A stretch of DNA of 64,000 nucleotides from Octopus vulgaris. Lineage: Eukaryota. Both the position numbers and the translations under genes were made by a program. This document shows positions 25,933 through 40,014 of this stretch, piece by piece. The stretch is from assembly GCA_951406725.2 (NCBI GenBank), contig OX597816.1, forward strand, positions 110,484,001 to 110,548,000. The letters are read 5' to 3'. How positions within the stretch are numbered: the stretch's first letter is position 1; each line of letters begins with the position of its first letter. The notes beneath the pieces were generated by a model, which made no database searches, was not told the origin of the DNA, and saw only the letters and a list, made by a program, of their open reading frames with translations.

Positions 25933-28900
25933 GTATAAAAGATGGGCTACAGTAAATATTCTGCTCAGATCCACAGATTTGCTTCTCAGTTGTTTGACCT
26001 TAACCAGTTGAGCATGCCCCTTAGTGGCTGACGATATGTGCATCTCTGATCATGATAATAATAATAAATCTTTCAAACTCTGACAGAAGGTGAGCTGTAC
26101 ATGAGGAGAGGGGCAAGTCTATTGCTTCAACTCGAGCACTTGACCGTTACTTATTTTATCGTTTCCGATGGGTTGAAAAGGAAAGCTGATCCTACGTTTT
26201 TCCTCCGATGCTATCTTAATTTTGCTAGATCAGAGCCTTATATATCATAAAAGTAGTTCATCAGAGAAATAAATAGAATTTGACAGAAGTTCTTATTTCC
26301 ATACAAACAGTTAATCATGTTATTCTTTCTTCCGATTTCATTTGAAAATGATCAGAGGATATGGATGTAGGTGTGTTTTTTAGTACATAAACTTTTGGGA
26401 CTTTATGTTTAAAAAGAAAAAGCGATATTTCACTTTTGGTTTTCTGGCTTCAGGTAATGATTTTTTCTTTAAGCTGTTGTTCTGGTTGCTGTCTCAACCA
26501 GCTGCTGCGATTATTTGTATTGTTGTTGCTGCGGCTGATACTGTTTCGTCTGGGCAACTTGGAGTAAATGTTCTTCATTCATAACTGAGAACTAATTCAT
26601 TTTTGTTCTAAGCGTTACAAGATTTGCACTGCCAAAATGGTCCATACTTAATGGAAACTCGCCATACAAATCAATTAGGTCGGTATTGTTTTCCCTTTAC
26701 TATGGATGTAGGCCGTTGAAAAACACCAATATCAGCTGTATCTAATATCTACATGAAGTATGTTTTGTTCTGATATTTTCTCCATGGTTCCACCAAGATC
26801 AGATGTGACATATTTATATTGATTTCTGCTTGCTGATATTATAGCGCATGAAACAATGGCCATATATATCATAATTGCCTACTGTTTCCTTTCATGTTGG
26901 CAACAAGAAACTATTTCTATTATTTCAGCATCAGGAAGTTCAAATATTCTGCACATTTCAGATTGAGTATTAAGGAAATTTTATGTTTCTTTTTATAGGT
27001 TTTATCGACAACTCGGGTATTCTGAAGTACATTTTAAGCTAGATCATTGTCTCTCGCATACGTCAACAGTTTCGAGTTCCTCCCTGAAAAGAAATCGTCT
27101 TTATCCTGCCTTTTGTATATTTAGAGACATTTCTGGTCCCCACCTGAACATAACATTTTATATTACTATTTAGAGTTTAGCTTTTAGTTTATCATACTTT
27201 TCGTTATTGTTTTTCTATATGTTTCAAAATCCCTATGTTATCTTAGGCTGCTTATATTTGTTAGATTACCTGAAGGCAAAAATATGTTTTCTGATCTTTT
27301 TTCGAGTTGGTTCATAATTGGAGTGCTTTCGTATCATTCTTCACAATATATTGTTTGTAATCTTGCAGTAAATATTTTAAAATAATGTTCTATTTACCAA
27401 AAGTTATGCCTGCTTCTATTCATTATAAATGAAATATTCCTATGTGAACATTGGTACGGTAGTGTATTGTAAATGAAGTCATTAGTCGCCTTAGTCTTCT
27501 GTCTGGTCTTATAAATTTACTGTGTTGTCTGTTGAGAATAGCTAAGTACTGCCTTCAGCAGGAACAGCTAAACTATTGTAACTTAATACTTCATTTCTGG
27601 AGCGGAGGCGTATTTTTGTGTACTAAATATATTTCTTATGAAGCTGTAATATTCATTTCTACCTTGTGTTATCGTTTGTATTTTCTGCTATGTGATACGT
27701 TTATAAGTTCCTAAATCTTTGCAATTCTCAACTAGCTCCAATTTAATAGAATTGTAGGTATTTTGTTTTACTTCTGCCCAATACTTTCTTCATATATTTG
27801 TAGAATAGAAATCTGTATCTTATATTAATCTACTGAAAATATATATCACAATTTCCAGTTAGTTGGTTGTCCGCCTCCTACTACACAATGTCATATTGGT
27901 GCAAAACGGTTCATTGTCTTCCGCATGCATTTTTATCAGTGTCCATTCTGTCATATAACTTTGGCCAAATGTATCAAAGTGAGGTAGATGAATCATTACA
28001 ACACGCGATCCACCTAGACAAAACAATCTTTTAAGGTATTCTCTTCATATTTTTAATTCCTTTATTTTGTTTCGGAAATGAGGAAATTATAAACATATGT
28101 TCCTATTTCGTTCAATGTGTCTCTTTTGTTTTGATGCTATATTACAAGTTGCGCAATTAAACAAATGGTCAAACGACAAATTTTAATCAATTCATTTCAC
28201 ATTGAATCCCACTTTCTCGTAAAATCAAAAGTGATTGCTTTGTTTATTAGTCACTGCTATTAAAGTTATTTGGTTCTTCACATCAATTCCCCAATTATTT
28301 TGTAAGTGCAGTATTGGTTACAGGACTGCATTTTTAGTCAATGATATTTAAGATTGAGATGACGTTATTCAAAGTCTGGTTCTGTAAGCAAATTATTCCA
28401 TGATTTTGTAAGTATATTATGTATGCACCTGTTACATATATTTCTCTAAACTTTTATCACATCTTTCGCGTTTTCTAGGTGTTTGCAAACGGAAAAGTCA
28501 GCAGTATGCTAATACGCATCTCATTTGCTCAGCTGCAACATGTGTGTTGAACATACTAATTTGTAGTAATTTATTTGATATCCACTCGATCATACGTCAC
28601 TTGTTGCCAGTACGGCATTAATTTGTGTATTGTTTTTAAGTGCTTCTTTGTAGGCATGCTTTGATTTTGTGTCGAACTGTTTGTTTTGTTCAAAGAATTG
28701 CTGTTGGTTTCTGTATTGGCTGAATTTTAGACTTTTTGCTTAACCTCTTGTTTCAAATATTAAAAGAAATTATTCGTATTAACTATTCGGATAATTCGTA
28801 TATTTTTCGTCGCGACATATTTTGGTATTTATTTCTGTTTCTTATTACTTGGTTGCTTCTGTGTTGTACAATTCATTTAGTGTGGCGATCTTATTTTGCT

Positions 28901-29700
28901 TTTCTATCAATTTGGCCCTTTGCATTGTATCTTTGTTTGCTGCATTTTTGTGTGATTACATATTCCCTTATGAACAAGTGTGTGGAGCTATATACTGCAT
29001 TGACTATTAATGCTGCTATCTTTTTTTCTTTCATTAGATTATTATATAGATTATTTGCTGCCATAAAGTTTTCTTCTGTTTTCTGTCAATCTACAGAAGT
29101 TGACTTTAAATATTGAACTTTGTCACTGGAACCTTAAATTATCTAACACGTTGATCCGTTGGAAGGACTGTTGGGAGTTCTACATTTATCATTTACTCAT
29201 TATTATCCGGTTGAAAGTTACCACCTTTACATTTTAAAGTTTTTACTTATTTTGTACTCATTTTCTTTTCTTTATTTATGCAAAGTTATATATATATTTT
29301 TTATACCTTTTTGATCTACGTTGTCTGTGTTTACAGTTCTAATAGTGTAGGTCGCTTTTATCCGTTGTCATTTTCTCGTATACACCTTTCTAAAGGCATT
29401 ATTTGAATTTTGATAATTAAAATAACATATATTAACAAGGTCATTGCTGAAAATATAAACTGTGTAATTGTTTAAAAAAAGAAATTTGCCCTCATCCGAA
29501 ACAATAGGCTGAAAATGCTTAGATTAACGATGTTACTGTGTAGAGAAAAGTGTTAAGAGTAACAAAAATTCTGAAAGGTTATCTATCTATCTATATGTCT
29601 GTCTGTCCTTTTATCTATCTATCTATATATTTTTCTATCTAACTATCTATCAGTCTGTCTGTCTAGTTATCTTTCTATCTATGTATCTATCTATCTACCA

Positions 29701-29736
<36 letters not shown>

Positions 29737-29759
29737 CTTCAAAAGGATAACTACGCGTT

Positions 29760-30075
29760 GTCAGTTGGCAATATGTTCTTCTCTTTTCGATTTTTCCCTT
29801 TTCACTTTCCGACGAATATCTATGCGCGAAACTTTAAAATCTTTCCTTTCACCGAACTCAAGCTAATATATTTCGTGTGCACCTCTTCACATTTATTTGG
29901 GGTGGGGTAAATTGAACTTTACAGGAAAACAAAAAACGAAGACAGGTGAGGGGCATGAACACAAGCAAGTATATTATTTTGACGTTTTGGAAAGTGAGAC
30001 AGTTTCTTACGTTTCGAGCCTACGCTTTTCAACAGAAAGGAATATGAGGAAATAAACATAGAAAGAATAAAAATA
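29760..30075. mobile_element. Two convergent family A-type repeats with degenerate hammerhead motifs
   Basis: Plus strand CCGACGA-A-TATCTATGCGC-GAAAC (~29809-29832). Minus strand CCTTT-CTGTTGA-A-AAGCGTAGGCTC-GAAACGTA-AGAAA (30003-30040), with flank matching 56900-57070. Confidence 0.6.
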
Positions 30076-30109
30076 ATTTGTGGATTTAGCATTCAATCAT
30101 ATATATATA

Positions 30110-30146
<37 letters not shown>

Positions 30147-31404
30147 CAAATCACCTTCATTAAAATCAATTGCTTGTCGTAAGCCACTTTAAATTTGAAT
30201 GAAAATTGATTTTTATTACCGTATTCTAGGCTGTCATGCGTCTAGGGAGGTAGTGATTTGATGTCGGTATATGGGTAATAGTTAAAAGAGGAAATTGACA
30301 ACGTGAAGTACAGAAAGTAGACTACGTGTATACACACACACGCACACACACACACACACATATATATCGTCAAATGAAATAAACGAACAATAAAATTAAC
30401 ATTAACATATAAGAAGACGTTCGTAAGGAATGTATTATTTGACGATCATTAGAAAGAGAGGGATTTTGATATTACGTGCAAAGCCTCTTCGTCAAGAAAG
30501 AGAAAAGTAAAGTCGAAAGAAGGAAAAGTATTCGCCAAGAGCACATGTATAGTTTCATCTCATATATATGTGTATCTGTGTGTGTTCGTGTGTGTTCAAT
30601 GTTAATGACATTTTTCAAGATTCAAAAAGAATTTCCTAGAATATAATTTTATAAACAATTTATAATTTTCTCCGTGATGTTTTTGTGAATATCCATTTAG
30701 GTACTCGGACAAATGCCCCAATTACAAATCGGTTGCATATATTGCAAAACTATGACATAATTTCATCTGAAATGATATATTTGCATAGTTTCTCAGTGCT
30801 TTATCCTTAGTCTGAACACTTTTCTGTGCTCACAGTGAAATATTGCTTTTTATATTTTGCAGGGAAAATAGCACGCATATCGCATGACTAGATTATATAT
30901 ATATTCAAGTTTCGTAATGCTTTTACATCACTATTTTCCTAATCAGTGGGAGTCACTGTGACATTTTGTAAGACAATTGAAATTTGGTTGTTTCATGTAT
31001 GTAGCACAGCTTTGCGCATTATCATCTCCCTATGTATTTTGTCGGACGAATGATATATTGCATATGTATTCTCTCAGAAATCACAACAGGTAGACTACAA
31101 TATCTTGCTCAAAAACGCTTTTCTGATTTCTTGCAATATATCAAATTATTACTTGCTGACATTTCGCATATTATGAGGCAGTTTTGGCCCATTGAAATTC
31201 AATTTGTTGACTGAGGTGTCATTTAATATCGTGTTAGTCATATATAGATCAGTGTGATCACGCCTGGAGATAACGAAAATGAATATTCTGTTCATAATCA
31301 TTTCCAATTTCATAACGTTTAGAGGTTAACTATTTCTGTCTGCTCTAGTTGTTGTAAAGCTGGTATAGTATATTTTGTAGCACTTACAGCATTATAATCA
31401 TCAA

Positions 31405-31581
31405 TGGTGGCGAACTGGCAGAATCAGCACACAGAGCAAAATGCCTAATGGTTTTTCGTCCGTCCTTAAGTTCTGAGTTCAAATTTCACCCAGATTGGCT
31501 TCGTCTTTCATCGTTTCGGTGTCGATTCAATACGTACTACTTACGCACTGGGTCGATGTAATAGACTTACCCCCTCGATCT
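31405..31581 (+). mobile_element. SINE with 17-bp target-site duplication
   Basis: GGTGGCGAACTGGCAGAATC...GTTCTGAGTTCAAATT...CTGGGTCGATGTAATAGACT, flanked by AGCATTATAATCATCAA at 31388-31404 and 31582-31598. Confidence 0.88.
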
Positions 31582-32724
31582 AGCATTATAATCATCAAGA
31601 GAATGTATAACGCCATCTCTGGAACTGGAAAGGCAGTAACCAGCATTAACAGTTACTTTCATATAATGTTACTTAATATTTAATATCCATCCTAACTTAC
31701 CTATCTACAGATATACACTCATTGAGTGTCAGCCAGATGGCGCTGTAAATATGTAGAGTACACAAATAATATTTGAAACCAGATTATTAATTTTTTACTG
31801 ATTTTTCATTCTCGATTGCACAATTTTCTGTATATTTCCTTCACTGATTTCCGAATTATCCGCTTAACAGAACAAACTGTCTCATGCCTGTTTAACTGCA
31901 TTAGATTACCAACAGAGTTACCATCTTAAAATCTTTCTAACATAAAGTTTGCAGATCACATACAAAGAAAAAAATAAACGGTTGATATATCTACCTCTAA
32001 AACTCACTTGACATGTACTATGTTACAGTTTGGTACATAAACGTTCAAAATTTGGTGCGTGTATGTACGAAGAAAAAAGAACCTCTTCGATGACAGTCAG
32101 GAGAAAAAAAGTCGCATTTTATTCACCAAGTCTGGCAAATAAAACGAAAAACAACAAAGTTAATATGAGGAATAATGTTTTATACGACGTATATTTTACT
32201 ACAAACCCCTACTCAAAATTGAACATTTCAGAGAAATTTATTTGAATAAAGAATAGTTCTGATCTATGGAGCAACTCGAGGCCTTAGTATCTCAGCGAAA
32301 TACTTAATTCAAAAGGATATATATCAAATACAGAAGGTTTATAGTGGAAGGAAGTTGTAATAAATGCACAAAGAATGGAAAATAAAATTAACAAAAATAC
32401 AAGAACACACAATATACCACTAAAACAGCAACAGCATTTACACACAAAAGGAAATCGAAATAAGAGAAGAGTAGTAATAGAGTAGGCGGGGCATGCGTTG
32501 TAGCAACATCCACAATTTGTTGATGATACCTACTACTCTTGGCGGATGACGTTTCTGCACCACTCAAGCAACAACCATCAAACCACGTGTCTGTTTGGGT
32601 AGTCATCAATGGTGAGTGTTTTACGCGATCGGTGCGCAAATACTACCTCAACCGTTATAGTTGTTTTTTACGACGTGCAAAGGAAATTCTTGGTCTATTT
32701 TTTAGATGCTGTCCCCACACATGA

Positions 32725-32835
32725 TTATAGCAAAACGAAATGAAGTGTCTGATCAGGAACACAACATATCGCTCAGCCCGGGAATTGAACCCACGGTTTA
32801 ACGATTGTGAGAGTAACGGTCTAACAGCTAGGACA
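32725..32835 (-). mobile_element. tRNA-derived SINE head fragment
   Basis: Minus strand has a B-box-like GGGTTCAATTCCC and an A-box-like start. Shares the GCAA..GA.ATGAAGTGT..T..CAGGAACA segment with 48840-48950. Confidence 0.65.
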
Positions 32836-33082
32836 CTTATAGCAAGAGGTCCAAATGTTGAAAATTTTATATATGATATGAAGAAACTAATTGATAAAGG
32901 AGTTTAAGAATTAATACCTAAAAAATGTAAAGAAAGATGAAAGGAAAAATTAAATGTGAACATTTTGGATAATCACTTAATGCACACATCGGTAATAATT
33001 AAACTCCCAGACTGTTAAAATTATATTATTCAGAACGGAATACAATCGAATCAACATGTCTATGCAAAGTAAACAACAATAT

Positions 33083-33124
<42 letters not shown>

Positions 33125-33669
33125 AGAGAGAGAGAGAGAGAAGCAGACAGACAGACTGAGGGAGTGATAGATAGATAGATAAAAAGTGAATATGGAATAC
33201 TAGAGAATGATAGAGGGGGTGTGCATTATTAGCCATATATCTTTAAATGACTCAATTCCATACTGAAAATGTATTTTGGCTTTGTTGTTGTTTTTCACTA
33301 TTACAAACCGAATTTCTTTGAGATGACTAAATGGGAGACACGATAAATAAAATGAAGCAAATTGCAACTGAGGTGTCTACGTAGGAATTAAACAGAGGGT
33401 AAATGAGAAACGAGATTGAAATGTTCGCGTTTTACTTGGTCATAACATGAATGAAAACTATTTGAAAGGGTTTGTAAAAACGAATATTGTGAAAGAATCC
33501 AAAACTTATATAAGGGAAATCATCTCAGAAACAAAATTCTATATGTATATTGAACACATTTACAATCTAGTTATGACATAGCGCATTGAATTAGGGGATG
33601 GGATAGTGACAGAATTGAGCGGTATAGACTGCATTACACGAAGTTTGCTACGGCAACCGCTATATAGCA

Positions 33670-35335
33670 CCGTATTTGCCCCTCCCGGGGTAACTGTGCA
33701 CCCATGTAAAATGTTTTTTTTTAAATTGTCATAACACATATTAGCGATGCTGCTCTTTTCTTTATAAGTGCTGATCTGTTGACGATTGTTCCGCTGATGT
33801 TTGATGTGAAAACACAATACCTGTGAGAGACATGGAGAGACTATTGGGCAGATTTGAAACAGGAACATTGTTGTCTGATATAATGAGCATCGCGAAAGTG
33901 GAAACACTAAAGGTAAGCTACCTACGATAAAATTGATCTAGAAACTTGATCTCAGGTATATTTGTGACACATATCCAAATATAGATTGAGACTAATTTAT
34001 ATGTCTCTAGATGGAAGTATTAGTCAGCAATATCCTATTAAAATAAGGTGGGTCTTTTACAGTAGCTGCAGCCACTTGACGTTGCAGTCTATGCACCAAT
34101 AAAAGCAGCATGGAGGAAGGGTTTTGCTGAGTGCAAGGTTGGTGATGGAAAATTGCACACGTTTCTGCCAAAGACTCATTTCCCAAAGCTGCTATTCACC
34201 CTCCTGGTCAAAATGTATCACAAAAAGGAATATGCGTTGAATGATTTTCGAACAGGCAGCAGGTTCTTAGTAAGATTTCGAAGATAGAATCAACATCACA
34301 TATGGTAAGCCAGATTGTTATTGAACATCCGACGCAACTTCGAAAAACTACAGCTAGAAAACATGCGGTGGCCCGGCGAGGAAATATATGATGCACGTTT
34401 CACTACGAAAAATCATTTTCATGGATGACGTTACTGCAGATTCATATTGACCGCCAATTCCAGAGACAGCGAGACCCAAAAAGGAAGCTACGTATTGACC
34501 TAGACCACAGTTCTTCTGAAGGACCAGATGACCTTGCTTTTATTCCAAGCTCGGAAGATGAGGCGGAACCTGACGCCACTATCCCAGAGAAGTCCCAGGA
34601 AAATGCAGAACATTCCACGGGTACTAGTGACACATCTATTGGGAAGCTAGAAAAGGGATCCTATGCGATTGTAAGATTTTTGGGGAAGAAGGCAACATGC
34701 CATCATGTTGGTAAACTTTTACATGAGAATGCAGATGACTCATAGATGATTCAGTACTATAGGTGATGCTTTGAGAGGTCTGGTTCTTATCTTTCCTTTA
34801 AAGAGTCACTAAGTTACGTACCTTTTACGTACAGACAAAAAAGCAATTGCTACAATCCTTTCGAAACATTTTTTGTGCAAGACAGGTTCGGTGTCAACAA
34901 GGATGCCTTAGGTGAAACAGCAATGCGTTAAAAACATTTTTAATAAAGCTTCATATAATTGTCTTTATTATTATTAATTTTCAGTAATATACTTACCACT
35001 GTATCAATTACCACGCCAATTGGTAACTAAATGTTTTTAGGAGTATTGCTTATGCTAAGTATCATTTGCACACGTAGTATTTTATATTTCATTGTATTTA
35101 AGGTGCAAATTAAGGGATGTGCACGATTACCCCAAACCATGGTATAAACGTGAACCCATGCATTTTCTGATCATACCTATTTGTGTAATTTGTTTAGAAA
35201 TGTGGCTATATGTGGAAAAAAACTTGTACTAATAAAGAGGCTGAAAAACATATCTCAATTTTTCATTAGCCCTCAGGATCGTTGTTTTATTACGTACAAT
35301 AGCAAAAAAGAGTTGCGCATTTACCCACCTCACGG
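33670..35335 (+). mobile_element. Degraded pogo/Tigger-like (TcMar) DNA transposon remnant
   Basis: Terminal motifs CCGT...GGGGTAACTGTGCAC (33670-33701) and GCGCATTTACCCACCTCACGG-TA (35315-35337), with an internal repeat GTGCACGATTACCCC at ~35119. ORF 34425-34745 has an acidic patch followed by KGSYAIVRFLGKK..HVGKLL, resembling C-termini of pogo-like transposases. Confidence 0.55.
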
Positions 35336-36899
35336 TATATAATAATTCGGATACCGATTGTTTATATATCTTTACAAAAATGTTTGCAGTGATACACTGA
35401 GCGTCAAGTAATAATATCTAATAATAAAATCTAAGTAACCGTTGTGGACCACTGATGTTTTAAATCAGAAAGGGTCCTTCAACGGCACTTCTTTTGTCAA
35501 GTATAGTAAGAAAATTATTACACGAAACTAAATAAAGCTTCGGAAAGTTAAATATTAAACTACAATCAATAGCTACAACAAGTGCACATGTTAATCATGC
35601 AGAAGTTTCTGCGTTATTAATACAAAACAATTCGGACGAACGCATTCGGCCTTAAACTCTCATGGGAATCAAACGAACTGGCACGGCATAACTAGGCTGT
35701 CACCATCAGATAAATAGAAAGGAATATCTACAAATTCTACAGGATAGCTGGCAATTTCAGCCAATGTTATTTATTTGTTCAAGAATGCTCCTTTTGTATC
35801 TAACTACCCACTAAAATTATTGATTTACATTTATTCATATACATTATATCACGATTTGTGAAGAATATTTTTCTTGGCCACAGATTTGCAATCAGTAAAC
35901 TTCAAATTCAATGCGTGACAGGAATGTGACCGCAACATATGGAAAAAATATCTTATTCACACATTCATAAAATAGACTGTGTGAAGATACAGGATATTGT
36001 GGAACTATCCATATTTCTCCGATATACTTCCGTGAAAGTTATGCACATATATATTATATACATACAAGATTATGTGCAGGTTCCGTCTTTCAAACATTTA
36101 TCCCGAAACTATGATAAAATTCTTTATTAAGATTCCGTGAATCTAAATCAATTGCTTTATATCTAACTTATAACATCTAGTCGTGTACGACATTTGTATC
36201 GTAATAATATAACACATGATCTACATACGCCTTGCATTGCGTTCAGTTATTTAAAGCTGAGAGTTATGTGGTATTCATATTGGATCTTCCTCTCATTGAA
36301 ACTCACGGTGTGTGTGCGTGTGTGTTTATACGTGTGTGCTTCGGAACAATCATAGAGAGACATACCACCAGACAATGCACAAATGATAGCATTCTCCAAG
36401 GCAAGAATAATAATAGCATATTAATTATTGGCATGGAAATATCAAATAGTTAGAATCAATCAATAGAATGAAGCTGAAGATCTAAGAATTGTACCGACCT
36501 ATCTTTTGAATGCAGAGTATTATGGCAGTAAGGCAATATTCTCTCCATATCATTTTCATTGGTACAATTTGAATGATACACAAGCATAGTTGTAAAATAT
36601 CTTGACAGACTAAATGTGGGTGCAGACGTAGATACACGAAGTAAATAACTATACTAACGTATATAACTAATGTGATAATATTTACTCCTAGCATCGTTCA
36701 ACTCGAACGATGTATATTCCAGATATATTTCTGATATTATCAATGTATTGAAGGATAGGCCGCATTTATAGCTTCAAGTTATATACACACCACATCTCTT
36801 CCTTTTTATAATTTACAATGTGGTAAATGGTAAAGACGAAAACAATTATAACGAAATTGAAACAAACGTGGATAATTTGAAGTTTTCATAGTGTCATCT

Positions 36900-37050
36900 A
36901 TCCGTCCATCTTCTTTGCCCACTTTTCCTGGGTGACTCATGGGGGTAGAATAACCAGTCAATGTCTACATAGAATCCTGTCAGAAGCAGCCACCATTACG
37001 CTTTTTAGTTGGATTCCAAGCCTCAACAATAAAGATTATGAATATTATCT
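36900..37050 (-). mobile_element. Possible RTE-like LINE 3' end
   Basis: Minus strand reads LGIQLKSVMVAASDR, like the A.DR..W C-terminal motif of RTE ORFs, then a short UTR. Degenerate. Confidence 0.3.
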
Positions 37051-39876
37051 TGAAGAATCAGAAATGAGGAGAATGGATTAGGTACAGGAATTGGGGTTAC
37101 CTTCACAATAAAGCGCTGGTCCCGGCATTCTATTCTCGGGTGAGCAGAGTGTGATAAAAGAGCCAAATTTGTGCCTATTCTCACCTGTGCATAGAATGCT
37201 GAGCATTGACCGAAAGAGTACGATCGTAAATGGCCGAAATGAATTTCCTCATACAATGTTCGTAACTCGGAGGTCGTGTGGCAGATCACTGCATTTAGGG
37301 GTCATGATATCGTACTTATAGATATCGTTATTTATATTCCTCGCCATTATTGAATTTAAATAAATTCAATGGCTTTATATATTCAGCATTGTTATGGAAG
37401 ATGATCCTGTTGGCATTCCAACTGATTTTAAGTCTATTATTTTGCCTTCACTATTATATAGTGAATAATATATTATATAAATACCTAGTCTGGGAGACGA
37501 TAAAAGCGTTTGTGTGGAACCACAGGTATATTGTAACTCCTATCTTAAACCGGATCTGACATGCTACGTCTTATAATATTTCAATTCTGATATTTGCATG
37601 TCCATTAATTACATATTGTTAAAGGTGAAATAATATTAAGAATTAATTCCAGTTAGCTAAGTGCCTCCTTTCCTTTTCTCAAGACAGAGATTAAAATTTT
37701 TGTCCATTCACACGCAATCCCCATGTAACAAATGGTGCATGGAAATGTTCTATATTTACTTCACATGTAAAGGTATTAACTGATTAAAAATTGGTACGTT
37801 GCATTGCAGTACTTCATTATTTATGAATGTGCTTAAAATTCGAGAAAAATGGTTCTACAGAGAAACATTCTCACTTGCAAACATTATCAGTGTCTCTTAT
37901 ATCCCACCAACTGTAAAATAATCTTGTGTTCACCCAACTCTAAAATAAACACCGCGACGAGTCGGAGTAATACTTGAGGCACAACAATAATTTTACTACT
38001 TTGAAGTGTGCCATTGAATTACTGATTAATGTAGAACTATGCAAACTATTTACCCTACCTGAATCTACTTACTTCGCACTCATTAAACCATGGCCTACAA
38101 AACGAATATATTACGTGAATTCGCTATATACAACATTTCAACTGACTTTGTCTATATTTTGTGAATTGATAACCTGTGAGACCAAAGTCTTTTTACAGAT
38201 TGTTTCATGGCAACCAGGAGGAAGGTGAGACAAACCCAATACAGGCTTTCAGAGCCTCCCTGACTGGGATGGTGAAAGATATCCACTAGATTTACGTCTG
38301 GCATGAAATACCTGTAATATATTGAAATTGTCTAACGTCAGATGAAACAGAAGGGTAATATCAATTGGGGTTGAATTCGTCTGATTTCCGTATTGTTATA
38401 TTGTTTCTCTAAATATTGGGCACACTATTTTATGATGAGATTTAGCCACCATACTGCGTAATGTGTAGCTAAACCGATCAATAACCAAATACGTTTAATC
38501 AATATATTTTCGTGCGATTTTTGGACAATGCTCCCTAGAACCCAATATGTTATTTAGCTTATATACTGGATGTATATTTGAATTTTCTTAGATGCTCGTC
38601 AGGAAAATTAGAAATTGCGGTAAAAGTTTTCAGAATATATTTCTTTGCTGCAAGTTGAACTGAAAAATTATTTGTAACATTATATTTCATGAATCTGTAT
38701 GCGAATAAACCCGCATTTCATATACTTTCTAATATAATTATATAAATAACGAAGAAAAACGAGTAGGAATTATAAGAAAAGAATAAGCAATATTATGGAC
38801 ATCTGGCTCCAGTTTCTTCTGAAAACTATACAACGATAATTTTCCATTGCTGTCTATAAAATAACACGGAGATACGTAATATTCTTATAATGGGTAAGTG
38901 CATTGGAAACTAGAAAATTTAGAGATTATATATAGCATCATCCTGGTGAAAAGTTAATAAAGTACCTACAGTACATGTAAAATCAAACTTTGGGCATCGT
39001 ATTTTAGATAGTAACCTCCACAAATCCGAAGAGTACATTATAAATCATAAAGAAATGTCGAGACTACAGGCTCTTTAGCTCTTAGTTCAATAAGTTTTCT
39101 AAATACTTAAGGCATTCATAGCCTCCTTCCTAGATGAGATTCCGATCATTTACAGACGGTATTTAACCAAAATCCTGCAGGTGCTCACTTTCAGCTGAGT
39201 GGAGAAATGTTGTGGTTTGCGCATAGATACAACTTATTGTTTCTCTCTAAGAACCGAATGGACTGCTGAACGAATATGAGCGAAAAGAACCAACCTCTCG
39301 CTTACGTTCTTTCATATTCTAAAGCGCACAAGCCATACTATATAAGTATGAATGTATATTTACATGAGTCAATGAGGGGCCTGAATGTTCAGCTTGATTC
39401 TAGAAACCACACCCAGAACGCTTCCGAAGCCACTGTAATTCTTTGAAACAGGAGACACATTCTATAAATTAGTTCTATATGCCAAATATCTGTGAAATTT
39501 GTGGTCATGTTGGGAAAGATTTTGAACTTAAGTCTGATAAGTCAAGAATCAAACTATAATTAAAGAGTACTGTCTAAGATTAATTTTCATTTATATTTCT
39601 TATTTATATCAGTAATAGAAATTCAAATTCTAGATAAGGTATTCGCTTCATTAAAGCAGTAACTTGCCCAGTGACTCAATCAGACTAAATCTTTTATTAC
39701 AGAAATCGATGCCATTTCATTTTACGTTTAAAACATAAAACCCTGAAACTAAGTAAAACTAGGTGTATTACTAGTATCATCTTTAGTATTTAAACAATTC
39801 TGGTGTCTAAATTTGTGTAACAACAATATTTCTAAAGACAAAATTATAGATATTCACATCACGGGTACACCCCCCC

Positions 39877-40014
<138 letters not shown>

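Noticed and set aside
28736-29116. 126-aa hydrophobic ORF resembling a membrane protein (similar cases at 22068-22361 and 45550-45939)
   Set aside because: The F/L/I richness is explained by T-skewed composition; no motif or splice support.
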